Virus record (IMG/VR): IMGVR_UViG_2671180456_000007
Coordinates: 1-33,775 of that record
Direction: 5' to 3' (one strand)
Length of the DNA stretch: 33,775 nt
Source of the DNA: a virus
Lineage: Duplodnaviria; Heunggongvirae; Uroviricota; Caudoviricetes
Below are positions 26,401 to 33,405 of the stretch, piece after piece. A program made the translations under genes and the position numbers. Position 1 is the stretch's first letter; the number at the start of each line of letters is the position of its first letter. The notes under the pieces are model-generated. The model was given only the letters and a program-made list of their open reading frames with translations. It was not told the DNA's origin and ran no database searches.

Positions 26401-27177
26401 ATGAAAGACGAAATTCAGAAATTAGCCTGCGACATCATTGATAAAACTGGTTTAGAAATCAGCGAGAGCAATCGACTAGACATCATTGAAAAAGCGGTAA
26501 AAACAGCAATGGATCATATCGCCACTCGTTTGGTTGAGATCCCGCTACCAGGGCTACCTTATCTGAAAGTTGAGTTACACGTATGGGGTGAACCTTCTTG
26601 TGCACGGCGTTCTGCATTAGTTGTTTTTATTAGCAAAGAAAACCCGCTCAGTCTTAAAGTGCAGGTTGGTGCATGGATGGATGGCAAAGTGATCTACACA
26701 AATACCGTTTTTTGTCTTTCAAACGACGAAACTATTGAAGCGGCCATTCAAGAAGCAGTTCTAGCAATGCGCAGCAGCGGTTTGATGAAGAATAACTACG
26801 AAGAGTACTTGCGTTCGATAAGTGGTGAAAAGACATTATCTCTGAAAGCAGATTTCGTTACCCCGAAAAACCTGTTGGAAGTCTTGCTTAATAAAGGGGC
26901 TAATGATGCCGTAAATGTAATCAGAGAGAGTGAGTATGCGTCTCTTTGCGACATGTGCAAAAGCCAGTTGGATCTGGTGCATATCGTTATTGATGCTGGG
27001 AAGGCATGTGATGGCGTAATGGCGGAATTTGCTTGGAAGGTGGTCAGGATTGCTAACGAATTACCGATGATAGAGCAAGAGGCCAAATCATACGCCACCA
27101 ATCATGTCACAGAGCTTCTTGTCCCCTATCGCTTAGAAAGCAATCAGCGCAAGATGGTTAGCTGGGGAAGTTGGTAA
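26401..27177 (+). CDS. Hypothetical protein (replication module, unknown function)
   Basis: 258-aa ORF with RBS GGAG upstream; no recognised motif. Confidence 0.6.
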   Translation: MKDEIQKLACDIIDKTGLEISESNRLDIIEKAVKTAMDHIATRLVEIPLPGLPYLKVELHVWGEPSCARRSALVVFISKENPLSLKVQVGAWMDGKVIYTNTVFCLSNDETIEAAIQEAVLAMRSSGLMKNNYEEYLRSISGEKTLSLKADFVTPKNLLEVLLNKGANDAVNVIRESEYASLCDMCKSQLDLVHIVIDAGKACDGVMAEFAWKVVRIANELPMIEQEAKSYATNHVTELLVPYRLESNQRKMVSWGSW

Positions 27178-27232
27178 TCTCTCCGCGCGTCGTTTTTTAC
27201 GCAAATAACGATAGGTAAGTACAAGATTATTT

Positions 27233-27715
27233 ATGGCGGTAGTTGTGAAAGCTGATTTGTCAAAAATCCCTTCTATTTCAGGAAATAACGGTTATTCACT
27301 TCGTTGTGAGGAAGTAAAGATAAACGGTGAGTCGGCATATTGCAGCTATTCCGTTTGCCAGCACACCATTCTTGCCTTCAAAGAAAACCGTCTTCCTCGA
27401 ACTTCTTTCCAGTCGTGCGCAACCGCTATTAAAGCAGGCAAATGCAAGGCGTTAAAAATGATGGTTGAAGAGATTCGTAAAGGAGAATCTCTGTATTTCG
27501 AAGATATGACCGCGCTCATTAAGGAGGTTGAAGAACGGAATAAACAAGCCAGAACTATAAAACGAAAACGTGACAGTGTAACGATTAATAGCATGGTTAA
27601 GAAGAGCACCACATCACAAACAGCGATCACTGACGTGTATGCGGCGTTGCTTGAAGAAACAACAAAAGAAACACATGAGCAAATCGATCAACATATGGAG
27701 GCAAAACAACAATGA
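27233..27715 (+). CDS. Hypothetical protein with N-terminal cysteine cluster (possible zinc-binding) and charged C-terminus
   Basis: 160 aa; cysteines in ...LRCEEVKINGESAYCSYSVCQH...QSCATAIKAGKCK...; ATGA-coupled to the ligase gene. Confidence 0.5.
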   Translation: MAVVVKADLSKIPSISGNNGYSLRCEEVKINGESAYCSYSVCQHTILAFKENRLPRTSFQSCATAIKAGKCKALKMMVEEIRKGESLYFEDMTALIKEVEERNKQARTIKRKRDSVTINSMVKKSTTSQTAITDVYAALLEETTKETHEQIDQHMEAKQQ

Positions 27716-29034
27716 AAAAGTTGATCGCACTTAAGCATAAGCTGGACGAAATGAAAGCTATGGGAACCAATGCAAAAAAAGAGGCATTGGCCAACATGGA
27801 TGACTTCGAGCAAAGCATGGTTTCATTGATGCTCAACCCTTTCATCCGTTTTGGGGTAAAGAAATACAAAGTGGCAGAGCCGCTTAGTGAGTCCGTCCCA
27901 AGTGACGAAAAAGCCATTGATATACTGAATAAGCTGGCCTCTCGCGAGCTGACGGGGAACGCAGCAATAGCAGCTGTTGAGTCTATCGTGGCGTCAATGT
28001 GCGCCGATGGGCAGGACGTGTTCCGTCGTTTCCTCTTAAAAGACCCGAAAGCAGGTGTTGGGATTAGCCTATGCAACAAGGTTTTTGAAAATCCCATTCC
28101 GAAATTCGAGGTGCAGCTGGCGTCACCGTATAAAGAAAAAGGCGACAAATACCCCTTCAAGCCAAATCCTAAAGCCAAATGGCCGATGATTGGCAGCCTT
28201 AAGCTCGATGGTTTGCGAGTAATTTGTGAGGTTATTGTTGACGAGGAAGAGGTTAACTTCCTTTCTCGTACTGGTAATCCAATCACGTCTCTCGATCACC
28301 TAAAGCCAGCAATGCTCGAATTAGGCAAACTTTCAGGCCACAAACACATCTTCTTCGATGGTGAAGGAACAGCCGGTTCATTTAACCAGTCCGTATCTGC
28401 ATTGCGCAAAAAGAACGTGCAGGCAATTGGCGCTATTTATCATGTTTTCGACTTCTTCCTACCGGAATGGCGGGCACAGGCTAAATCCAAAGAGTATGCA
28501 AAGACAGGTATGAAGCTGAAAGAGCGCCTGGCTATGCTGGTGGCGTTGTTTAAAAACGATCGCAGTGAAGGCTACGCACAAGACATTCACCTGCATCCGT
28601 TCTATATCATCCATAGCCACGAAGACTTCATCGAACGCTTCATGAAACGCCTGGACGATAACGAAGAAGGGGAGATGGGCAAAGATCCGAACTCTGTTTA
28701 CGAGTTTAAACGTACCCGCAGCTGGTGGAAGTTAAAAGACGAAGATTCAGAAGATGGTGAAATTATCGACTTTGAGCCTGGCGACCCGGACTCTGGTTTT
28801 GCCAACACGCTTGGAAAAATTGTTATTCGCCTTGAAAACGGTGTGATTGTTCGTGCGAGCGGCATTAAGCATAAATATCTGGACGAGATCTGGAACAACA
28901 AAGAGAAGTACCGTGGTCGTATTGTCGAGGTTCATTGTCACGAGAAAACGCCGGATGGCAGCTTACGCCACCCACGACTGAAATGGCCGCGTTGCTTACG
29001 CGATACCGAAGATCGAATCGGAGATAAAGAATGA
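27712..29034 (+). CDS. ATP-dependent DNA ligase with N-terminal extension
   Basis: 440 aa; adenylation motif I KLDGLR (SLKLDGLRVICEV); OB-fold-like C-terminal region ending ...RHPRLKWPRCLRDTED; RBS GGAGG. Confidence 0.85.
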   Translation: MKKLIALKHKLDEMKAMGTNAKKEALANMDDFEQSMVSLMLNPFIRFGVKKYKVAEPLSESVPSDEKAIDILNKLASRELTGNAAIAAVESIVASMCADGQDVFRRFLLKDPKAGVGISLCNKVFENPIPKFEVQLASPYKEKGDKYPFKPNPKAKWPMIGSLKLDGLRVICEVIVDEEEVNFLSRTGNPITSLDHLKPAMLELGKLSGHKHIFFDGEGTAGSFNQSVSALRKKNVQAIGAIYHVFDFFLPEWRAQAKSKEYAKTGMKLKERLAMLVALFKNDRSEGYAQDIHLHPFYIIHSHEDFIERFMKRLDDNEEGEMGKDPNSVYEFKRTRSWWKLKDEDSEDGEIIDFEPGDPDSGFANTLGKIVIRLENGVIVRASGIKHKYLDEIWNNKEKYRGRIVEVHCHEKTPDGSLRHPRLKWPRCLRDTEDRIGDKE

Positions 29035-29210
29035 TGATCGGCTGGATGATTGCATTTTTAGCAGTTGGTTTTTTCATCGGTATTGTGGTGATGTCCAGTT
29101 GCATTAATGACTACATTAAAAACGGTGTTATAGAAAGACGAGGTCGCATTTATCGCATTGTAGAAATAACCAACACCGTGAAGGAGATTAAGGATGATCG
29201 TATTAAGTAA
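29031..29210 (+). CDS. Small single-pass membrane protein (59 aa; below the ORF-track size cutoff), paralogue 1
   Basis: ATG overlaps the ligase stop (ATGA); MMIGWMIAFLAVGFFIGIVVMSS... has a TM helix then the basic tail RRGRIYRIVEITNTVKE. Confidence 0.4.
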   Translation: MMIGWMIAFLAVGFFIGIVVMSSCINDYIKNGVIERRGRIYRIVEITNTVKEIKDDRIK

Positions 29211-29409
29211 AAGGGAGAAAGAAACGCTTCATGAAATCAGTAAGTGGCCGGAGTTCCCTGAGTACTGGAAGCCTAAAACGCGAGCTAAGTTAGAGCGTTT
29301 AGGGTTGGTTGCAAACGTTTCTGAAACGTGGTGCTCGGCCAACTACCAGTTAACTGATAAAGGGAAAGTATTGCTACAGCAATTAGTAGAATCAGGAGTG
29401 TTAAAATGA
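29194..29409 (+). CDS. Hypothetical small protein (71 aa)
   Basis: RBS AAGGAG 9 nt upstream; overlaps both neighbouring small genes. Confidence 0.5.
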   Translation: MIVLSKREKETLHEISKWPEFPEYWKPKTRAKLERLGLVANVSETWCSANYQLTDKGKVLLQQLVESGVLK

Positions 29410-29558
29410 TTCCATACATCTCGTTAGCTTTTATGGGTGGCTTCCTTATCGGCTTCGGCATCTGTCGTGATTTAATTAAGCAGGAACTTAAAACCAAAAC
29501 ACTGTGCATCGGAAAGCGTGTGTATCGGGTAGTTCATGAAACAAAGGTGAAAAAATGA
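29406..29558 (+). CDS. Small single-pass membrane protein (50 aa), paralogue 2
   Basis: MIPYISLAFMGGFLIGFGICRD... TM helix then GKRVYRVVHETKVKK, similar in layout and C-terminal motif to the 29031 gene; ATGA-coupled to the next gene. Confidence 0.4.
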   Translation: MIPYISLAFMGGFLIGFGICRDLIKQELKTKTLCIGKRVYRVVHETKVKK

Positions 29559-29845
29559 GCAATTTAACTTCTTGGGAATGGTGGTTGGCCACCTATTTCT
29601 TAGCGGCCGGAGTAGCATTCGCCTTTTACGTAGGTCAGTTAGTCGTAAAACTGTTGCTGATTAAATTTGCTAGTCATAAACGTATCGATGATGGTCTGTG
29701 GCGTCTTGGCACCCTGGTGGAAACTCGCTACGGGCAACTTAAGGAGAACGAAACCATTACTATCCAAGCGAAACGATTCACTGCCACCATTACAAGAACA
29801 CCTAGTCGTAGAGTGGCCTTGATCAAAAAAGTCACAACCGAATAA
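29555..29845 (+). CDS. Small membrane protein (96 aa) with N-terminal TM helix
   Basis: MSNLTSWEWWLATYFLAAGVAFAFYVGQLVV... hydrophobic helix; last gene of the translationally coupled run. Confidence 0.55.
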   Translation: MSNLTSWEWWLATYFLAAGVAFAFYVGQLVVKLLLIKFASHKRIDDGLWRLGTLVETRYGQLKENETITIQAKRFTATITRTPSRRVALIKKVTTE

Positions 29846-29862
29846 AAACATATCGATAAGTA

Positions 29863-29884
29863 TTTACTTACTTATCTTTTGTGT
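29863..29884 (+). other. AT-rich hairpin GATAAGTA-N6-TACTTATC followed by TTTTG; possible terminator or regulatory palindrome of the TAAGTA family
   Basis: 8-bp inverted repeat 18 nt after the stop of the 29555 gene. Confidence 0.35.
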
Positions 29885-30236
29885 ATAAGATGACTTTGTT
29901 TTCGTTGAGACGCGACTGTTTGAACTTAAATACAAGTGCAAACGAAGAAGTCTATCTGGCAGTAGCCTAATAAGCCAAACACCAGCGAGGTCAGTTTCCA
30001 GCCTCGTTACCGAAATGGGACACACTGAGCGAGTGTGATTGCAGAACGCAGGAGGGAACATGAATGTTCCCTCCGATGAAGTAACAGAATGGGCCGGTTG
30101 GTATATTTTCAACTCCATATGACTCCCGGATTCTTAGCCACTGACCGCCCATCCTGTTACGTCATTTTGTTCAATTATGTCGTTTATACTGGGTTAAAAA
30201 GCGGCGACGTAGCCCGGCTGGTATGGTTAGCCAGTA

Positions 30237-30358
30237 CACAACGTTGAGGCCATTACATTTTTATCAATTCTAAGGTTCTATTCACAGAGATACCGGCGAG
30301 CGTTGATATGTAACATGTTGGGCAAACATTCAATCGGAGTAGTGGCCTCAACGTTGTG
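30237..30358 (+). repeat. Long hairpin element A (about 20-bp terminal stem CACAACGTTGAGGCCATTAC / GTAGTGGCCTCAACGTTGTG, about 80-nt interior)
   Basis: The two arms are exact reverse complements apart from one position; termini match those of elements B, C and D. Confidence 0.5.
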
Positions 30359-30624
30359 AAGACAGGATTGTTGTGTAGGTTTAACCACTGTTGCCATTGG
30401 TGCCTGTTTTCACAACAAATGATTCCATACATCACATTGTATAAATTACAAAGTAGGTGCTGTCCTCAGAAACATCATCTACTTAAAGATTTTGCCTTCT
30501 ACTATTGAGCGAAGTCGAAAGCGTCTGGCACTAACGAAAAGTGCAAGTAGCGGTGCGTTTCCTGGCAGAAACTAAACCGTCGCGATTGGCACTGTTGAGT
30601 AATAAATACTGGCAGTGCTGAATT

Positions 30625-30699
30625 GATGGTGTAGCTCAGCGGTAGAGCAGTTGGCTGTTAACCAACTGGTCGGTGGTTCGAATCCACCCACCATCGCCA
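30625..30699 (+). tRNA. tRNA-Asn (anticodon GTT)
   Basis: Manual fold: acceptor GATGGTG/CACCATC, D-stem GCTC/GAGC, anticodon stem GTTGG/CCAAC with loop CTGTTAA, T-arm GGTGG-TTCGAAT-CCACC, discriminator G plus encoded CCA. Confidence 0.8.
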
Positions 30700-30704
30700 A
30701 TTTA

Positions 30705-30791
30705 GGGGAGTTAGTCCGTAGGGGCAGCGGGGTAGACTGTAAATCTACTGTCATTGCGACTCGGGTGGTTCGACTCCATCACTCCCCACCA
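30705..30791 (+). tRNA. tRNA-Tyr (anticodon GTA), class II with long variable arm
   Basis: Acceptor GGGGAGT/ACTCCCC, anticodon stem GTAGA/TCTAC with loop CTGTAAA, variable stem-loop, T-arm GGTGG-TTCGACT-CCATC, encoded CCA; the D-arm region is non-canonical (4-nt linker). Confidence 0.7.
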
Positions 30792-30795
30792 AATT

Positions 30796-30871
30796 GCCGG
30801 TTTAGCTCAGTTGGTAGAGCGTCTGCCTTGTAAGCAGGATGTCAGCGGTTCGATCCCGTTAACCGGCACCA
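30796..30871 (+). tRNA. tRNA-Thr (anticodon TGT)
   Basis: Acceptor GCCGGTT/AACCGGC, D-arm GCTC-AGTTGGTA-GAGC, anticodon stem TCTGC/GCAGG with loop CTTGTAA, T-arm AGCGG-TTCGATC-CCGTT, encoded CCA. Confidence 0.8.
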
Positions 30872-30872
30872 A

Positions 30873-30962
30873 CACAACAGGTAAGAGCATTGGGCGAATC
30901 GGCGATACTGACCCACAAGCCCGTAAATCGATAGAGTCAGACCAGTGCTCTTACCGTTGTGA
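30873..30962 (+). repeat. Long hairpin element B (terminal stem CACAACAGGTAAGAGCATTGG / CCAGTGCTCTTACCGTTGTG), directly abutting the tRNA-Thr 3' end
   Basis: About 20-bp inverted repeat with compensatory changes relative to elements A, C and D; begins 2 nt after the tRNA-Thr CCA. Confidence 0.5.
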
Positions 30963-31013
30963 GGAAGTGCAGCTCTTTGAAGCAACCAGAAGATAAGCAT
31001 CTGGCTTCACAAC

Positions 31014-31092
31014 ACAACGATAAGATCATTACGGTTAATCGTCGTTCATGTGCACAATGACTGGTCGAAAGGTAGTGATCTTACCGTTGTGA
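31014..31092 (+). repeat. Long hairpin element C (terminal stem CACAACGATAAGATCATTAC / GTAGTGATCTTACCGTTGTG)
   Basis: Inverted repeat with the same CACAACG ... CGTTGTG termini as elements A and B. Confidence 0.5.
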
Positions 31093-31191
31093 TGAATGCA
31101 CAGGCTGATGTGCCGCAACTACAGTAGTGCGCGCTTTGCGGGGGTTGCTACAACCCTGTGTCGGAGTTCAGCACCGACCATCACAATAGCT

Positions 31192-31278
31192 GGAGAGTAG
31201 GGAGCATGGTGCTCAAGCGGTCTTGAAAACCGTCCCATTGCGCAAGCGATGATGGTTCGATTCCATTACTCTCCGCCA
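31192..31278 (+). tRNA. tRNA-Ser (anticodon TGA), class II with long variable arm
   Basis: Acceptor GGAGAGT/ACTCTCC, D-stem GAGC/GCTC, anticodon stem GCGGT/ACCGT with loop CTTGAAA, variable arm ATTGC-GCAA-GCGAT, T-arm GATGG-TTCGATT-CCATT, discriminator G plus CCA. Confidence 0.8.
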
Positions 31279-31280
31279 GA

Positions 31281-31358
31281 CACAGCGTTGAGCGGTTTGG
31301 CCTTTTAATCACCCAGATTAAGACTCCGCTAACATAAACCAGACCGCTCAACGCTGTG
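31281..31358 (+). repeat. Long hairpin element D (terminal stem CACAGCGTTGAGCGGTTTGG / CCAGACCGCTCAACGCTGTG), directly abutting the tRNA-Ser 3' end
   Basis: 20-bp inverted repeat with one mismatch; termini CACAGCG ... CGCTGTG are a covarying variant of the A-C termini. Confidence 0.5.
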
Positions 31359-31432
31359 ATAGACAATTACGGCAGACGTTCTTAACCATAGCTTGCTAAC
31401 ATCCTAGCAACACTTTTTTCAGCGCAAAATTC

Positions 31433-31456
31433 AAAGGGGCTTCGGCCCCTTTTTTG
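31433..31456 (+). terminator. Rho-independent terminator closing the tRNA cluster (stem AAAGGGGC/GCCCCTTT, loop TTCG, T6 tract)
   Basis: AAAGGGGCTTCGGCCCCTTTTTTG; a second weaker hairpin with a T tract lies at 31393-31419 (TTGCTA-ACATCC-TAGCAA-CAC-TTTTTT). Confidence 0.75.
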
Positions 31457-31498
31457 CAACTGAAAGAGTCAAGTCTACGAACTTTGTAGGAAGAAATA

Positions 31499-31849
31499 AT
31501 GACCAGCAAAGATAACACACCACTAAAAGTCACCCCTGAACACATTGAACAACTCATTCAAAGTGAACATTATTTCACTGCATATGATGCCAGCCACGGG
31601 GATAACTTCATCTCTGTTTACAATTCAAAAACAGATATCGACAAAGGTCATGAGTCGTTAAAACTCTTAACGTTCTGCGTTATGGTTCTCAAAAATGGAT
31701 ATACCGTAACGGGAAAATCTGCGTGCGTAAGACCAGAAATCTTCAACTTTGATGTTGGTCGCGAGTACGCTCGAAAAGATGCTATCGATCAAATCTGGCC
31801 CCTGGAAGGCTATCTCCTGAAGCAAAAGTGGCATGAGGCAAAGCAATGA
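31499..31849 (+). CDS. Gp49-like conserved phage protein (function unknown)
   Basis: 116 aa; the motif ...GYTVTGKSACVRPEIFNFDVGREYARKDAIDQIWPLEGYLLKQK matches, from memory, a widespread family of small phage proteins (GxSACVxPxNFDxxxGRxxA...LEGYLL); RBS AGGAAG. Confidence 0.6.
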   Translation: MTSKDNTPLKVTPEHIEQLIQSEHYFTAYDASHGDNFISVYNSKTDIDKGHESLKLLTFCVMVLKNGYTVTGKSACVRPEIFNFDVGREYARKDAIDQIWPLEGYLLKQKWHEAKQ

Positions 31850-32091
31850 CGATCACTATCTACGGACGAGATAACTGCTCATACTGCAAACGTGCAGTCG
31901 AGCTGGCGAAGCAACTAAAGGGACATGGCTACGGTGATTATGAGTACATCGACATCACCACTGCCGGTATCGACAAGGAAAAACTAAGTGAAATTGTTGG
32001 TAAACCGGTAGAGACTATCCCCCAGGTGCTGATCGATGGCCAGCCGATTGGCGGATACACAGAACTGGCTGCATACGTCAGCACCCTCTGA
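31846..32091 (+). CDS. Glutaredoxin (NrdC/NrdH-like thiol-disulfide oxidoreductase)
   Basis: 81 aa; CxxC active site CSYC near the N-terminus and a glutaredoxin-like C-terminus ...IPQVLIDGQPIGGYTEL; ATGA-coupled to the upstream gene. Confidence 0.75.
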   Translation: MTITIYGRDNCSYCKRAVELAKQLKGHGYGDYEYIDITTAGIDKEKLSEIVGKPVETIPQVLIDGQPIGGYTELAAYVSTL

Positions 32092-32096
32092 TTTTA

Positions 32097-32121
32097 ACGG
32101 CTCACAGGAGCCGTTTTTATT
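32097..32121 (+). terminator. Rho-independent terminator after the glutaredoxin gene (stem ACGGCTC/GAGCCGT, loop ACAG, T tract)
   Basis: ACGGCTCACAGGAGCCGTTTTTATT, 6 nt after the stop codon. Confidence 0.75.
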
Positions 32122-32170
32122 CCCACCAAACTCACTCCCATTTCCCTTAAAATTCAAAAAACAACGTCAA

Positions 32171-32203
32171 AATGATTCCATACCTACTATGTATGGAATC
32201 ATT
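32171..32203. promoter_or_regulatory. Inverted repeat AATGATTCCATAC-N7-GTATGGAATCATT about 100 bp upstream of the integrase gene; candidate operator or recombination site
   Basis: 13-bp arms are exact reverse complements; the same sequence occurs as single copies at 29404-29420 and 30418-30434. Confidence 0.45.
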
Positions 32204-32301
32204 AGTAAAAATGAGTTACTTTTACTCTTGATCCTATAAGAATCTATGCCTAATATACTGTTTACTTATACAGTACATCGGCGTAACTCGGTGATTGTCA
32301 T

Positions 32302-33405
32302 ATGAAAAATAGCTTTGACAGAGCACGCGCTGCGGAGAACACCTCAAAAGAGGCGATAGAGTATCTCGAAAGAGCATCTCAAATGCAGGCCGTTATGATC
32401 TCCCAGGTCAGCAATGACATGAGATTCTCGGACGCATTCATGTTATTCACTCGCTTATCTCTGCTCATAACCAGACGTCGGCCAGAGATCGCTGTTCATT
32501 GTATTTTGATACATGTTTTTCCGCACATTGCCGATGTAAAAGTAAGTGATATTAATAGGTTCATGGTGAACCAACTGGTCAACCCACTAATACTGGATGG
32601 CAAAATTGTTATGGGCCGCCGCGTTTTCTCTCTGATGAAGCAGTTCCTTAGCTGGTGCGCCTTCCAGGGGATGATAGACGTGTCACCGTTAAACGATATG
32701 TCACTTAACAAAGTTGCCGGTGGCGCAAAGCCCACGCCCCGCGAGCGGAAGCTGACTGACGCAGAGGTATGGGTGTTCTGGAATATATGGGACTACTTCA
32801 ATGTGTGTGCTGGTACAAAATGGGCGGCCAGGCTATGTCTTGTATCCGCAAGACGACCTGACGAAGTACTGCGGGCTAAAAAAAGTGAGTTCAATCTTAA
32901 GCGTGGGGTTTGGAATCAAGGCAAGAGGAACAAATCTGCCCGTGAGCATTCTCTGCCTTTAAGCTCATTAATGCGCACTTGTATTGAAGAGTTGTTCGAA
33001 TATGGTAAAGACAGCCAGTGGCTCGTGCCTTCGAATAAAAAAATCGGGAAAGACCTTCCTATGTCTAAAGTGGCAATAGCCCAGGCATTACGTCGTATTC
33101 TGGAACGACCAGAACTGATGGAGCTTGAGCCATTTACACCCCGAGATTTGCGCCGTACTGCGCGTAGTTACTTCCCAGCATTAGGCATAAGCCAGGAGGT
33201 ATCACGTAAAATCATGAACCACAGTCTTGAGGGGATAGATCGGGTCTACGACCGGCACGATTATATGGACGAGATGCGAGACGCCTTAGAAAGTTTCTCG
33301 ACGTACATCGCATCAATCGTAGAGCAACCGGATTTAGACGAAATTGACCACAAATTTAAGGGAGATCGTCTATCAACAGAGCTTATTCGTGTAAATTTTT
33401 CATAG
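32302..33405 (+). CDS. int: Tyrosine recombinase / phage integrase (P4-like family)
   Basis: 367 aa; conserved catalytic regions ...LVSARRPDEVL... (box I Arg), ...FTPRDLRRTARSYF... (box II) and ...MNHSLEGIDRVYDRHDY (His ... Tyr nucleophile region). Arg replaces the usual box II His; the N-terminal arm-binding domain is atypical. Confidence 0.75.
   Translation: MKNSFDRARAAENTSKEAIEYLERASQMQAVMISQVSNDMRFSDAFMLFTRLSLLITRRRPEIAVHCILIHVFPHIADVKVSDINRFMVNQLVNPLILDGKIVMGRRVFSLMKQFLSWCAFQGMIDVSPLNDMSLNKVAGGAKPTPRERKLTDAEVWVFWNIWDYFNVCAGTKWAARLCLVSARRPDEVLRAKKSEFNLKRGVWNQGKRNKSAREHSLPLSSLMRTCIEELFEYGKDSQWLVPSNKKIGKDLPMSKVAIAQALRRILERPELMELEPFTPRDLRRTARSYFPALGISQEVSRKIMNHSLEGIDRVYDRHDYMDEMRDALESFSTYIASIVEQPDLDEIDHKFKGDRLSTELIRVNFS

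Noticed and set aside
29864-30118. 84-aa minus-strand ORF in the hairpin-rich spacer upstream of the tRNA cluster
   Set aside because: No RBS; the region is dense in inverted repeats (for example GGAGGGAACAT/ATGTTCCCTCC at about 30050-30075) and is more likely structured RNA or regulatory DNA.
30253-30435. 60-aa minus-strand ORF
   Set aside because: Lies entirely within hairpin element A and the 17-mer repeat; its codons are a by-product of the palindromic sequence.
30572-30996. Short ORFs on both strands across the tRNA-Asn/Tyr/Thr region
   Set aside because: They overlap well-formed tRNA genes; tRNA cloverleafs explain the sequence.
31181-31366. 61-aa minus-strand ORF
   Set aside because: Overlaps tRNA-Ser and hairpin element D.
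32036-32239. 67-aa plus-strand ORF between the glutaredoxin and integrase genes
   Set aside because: Overlaps the glutaredoxin 3' end and terminator and the inverted repeat; no RBS; the hydrophobic tail is an artefact of the AT-rich repeat.
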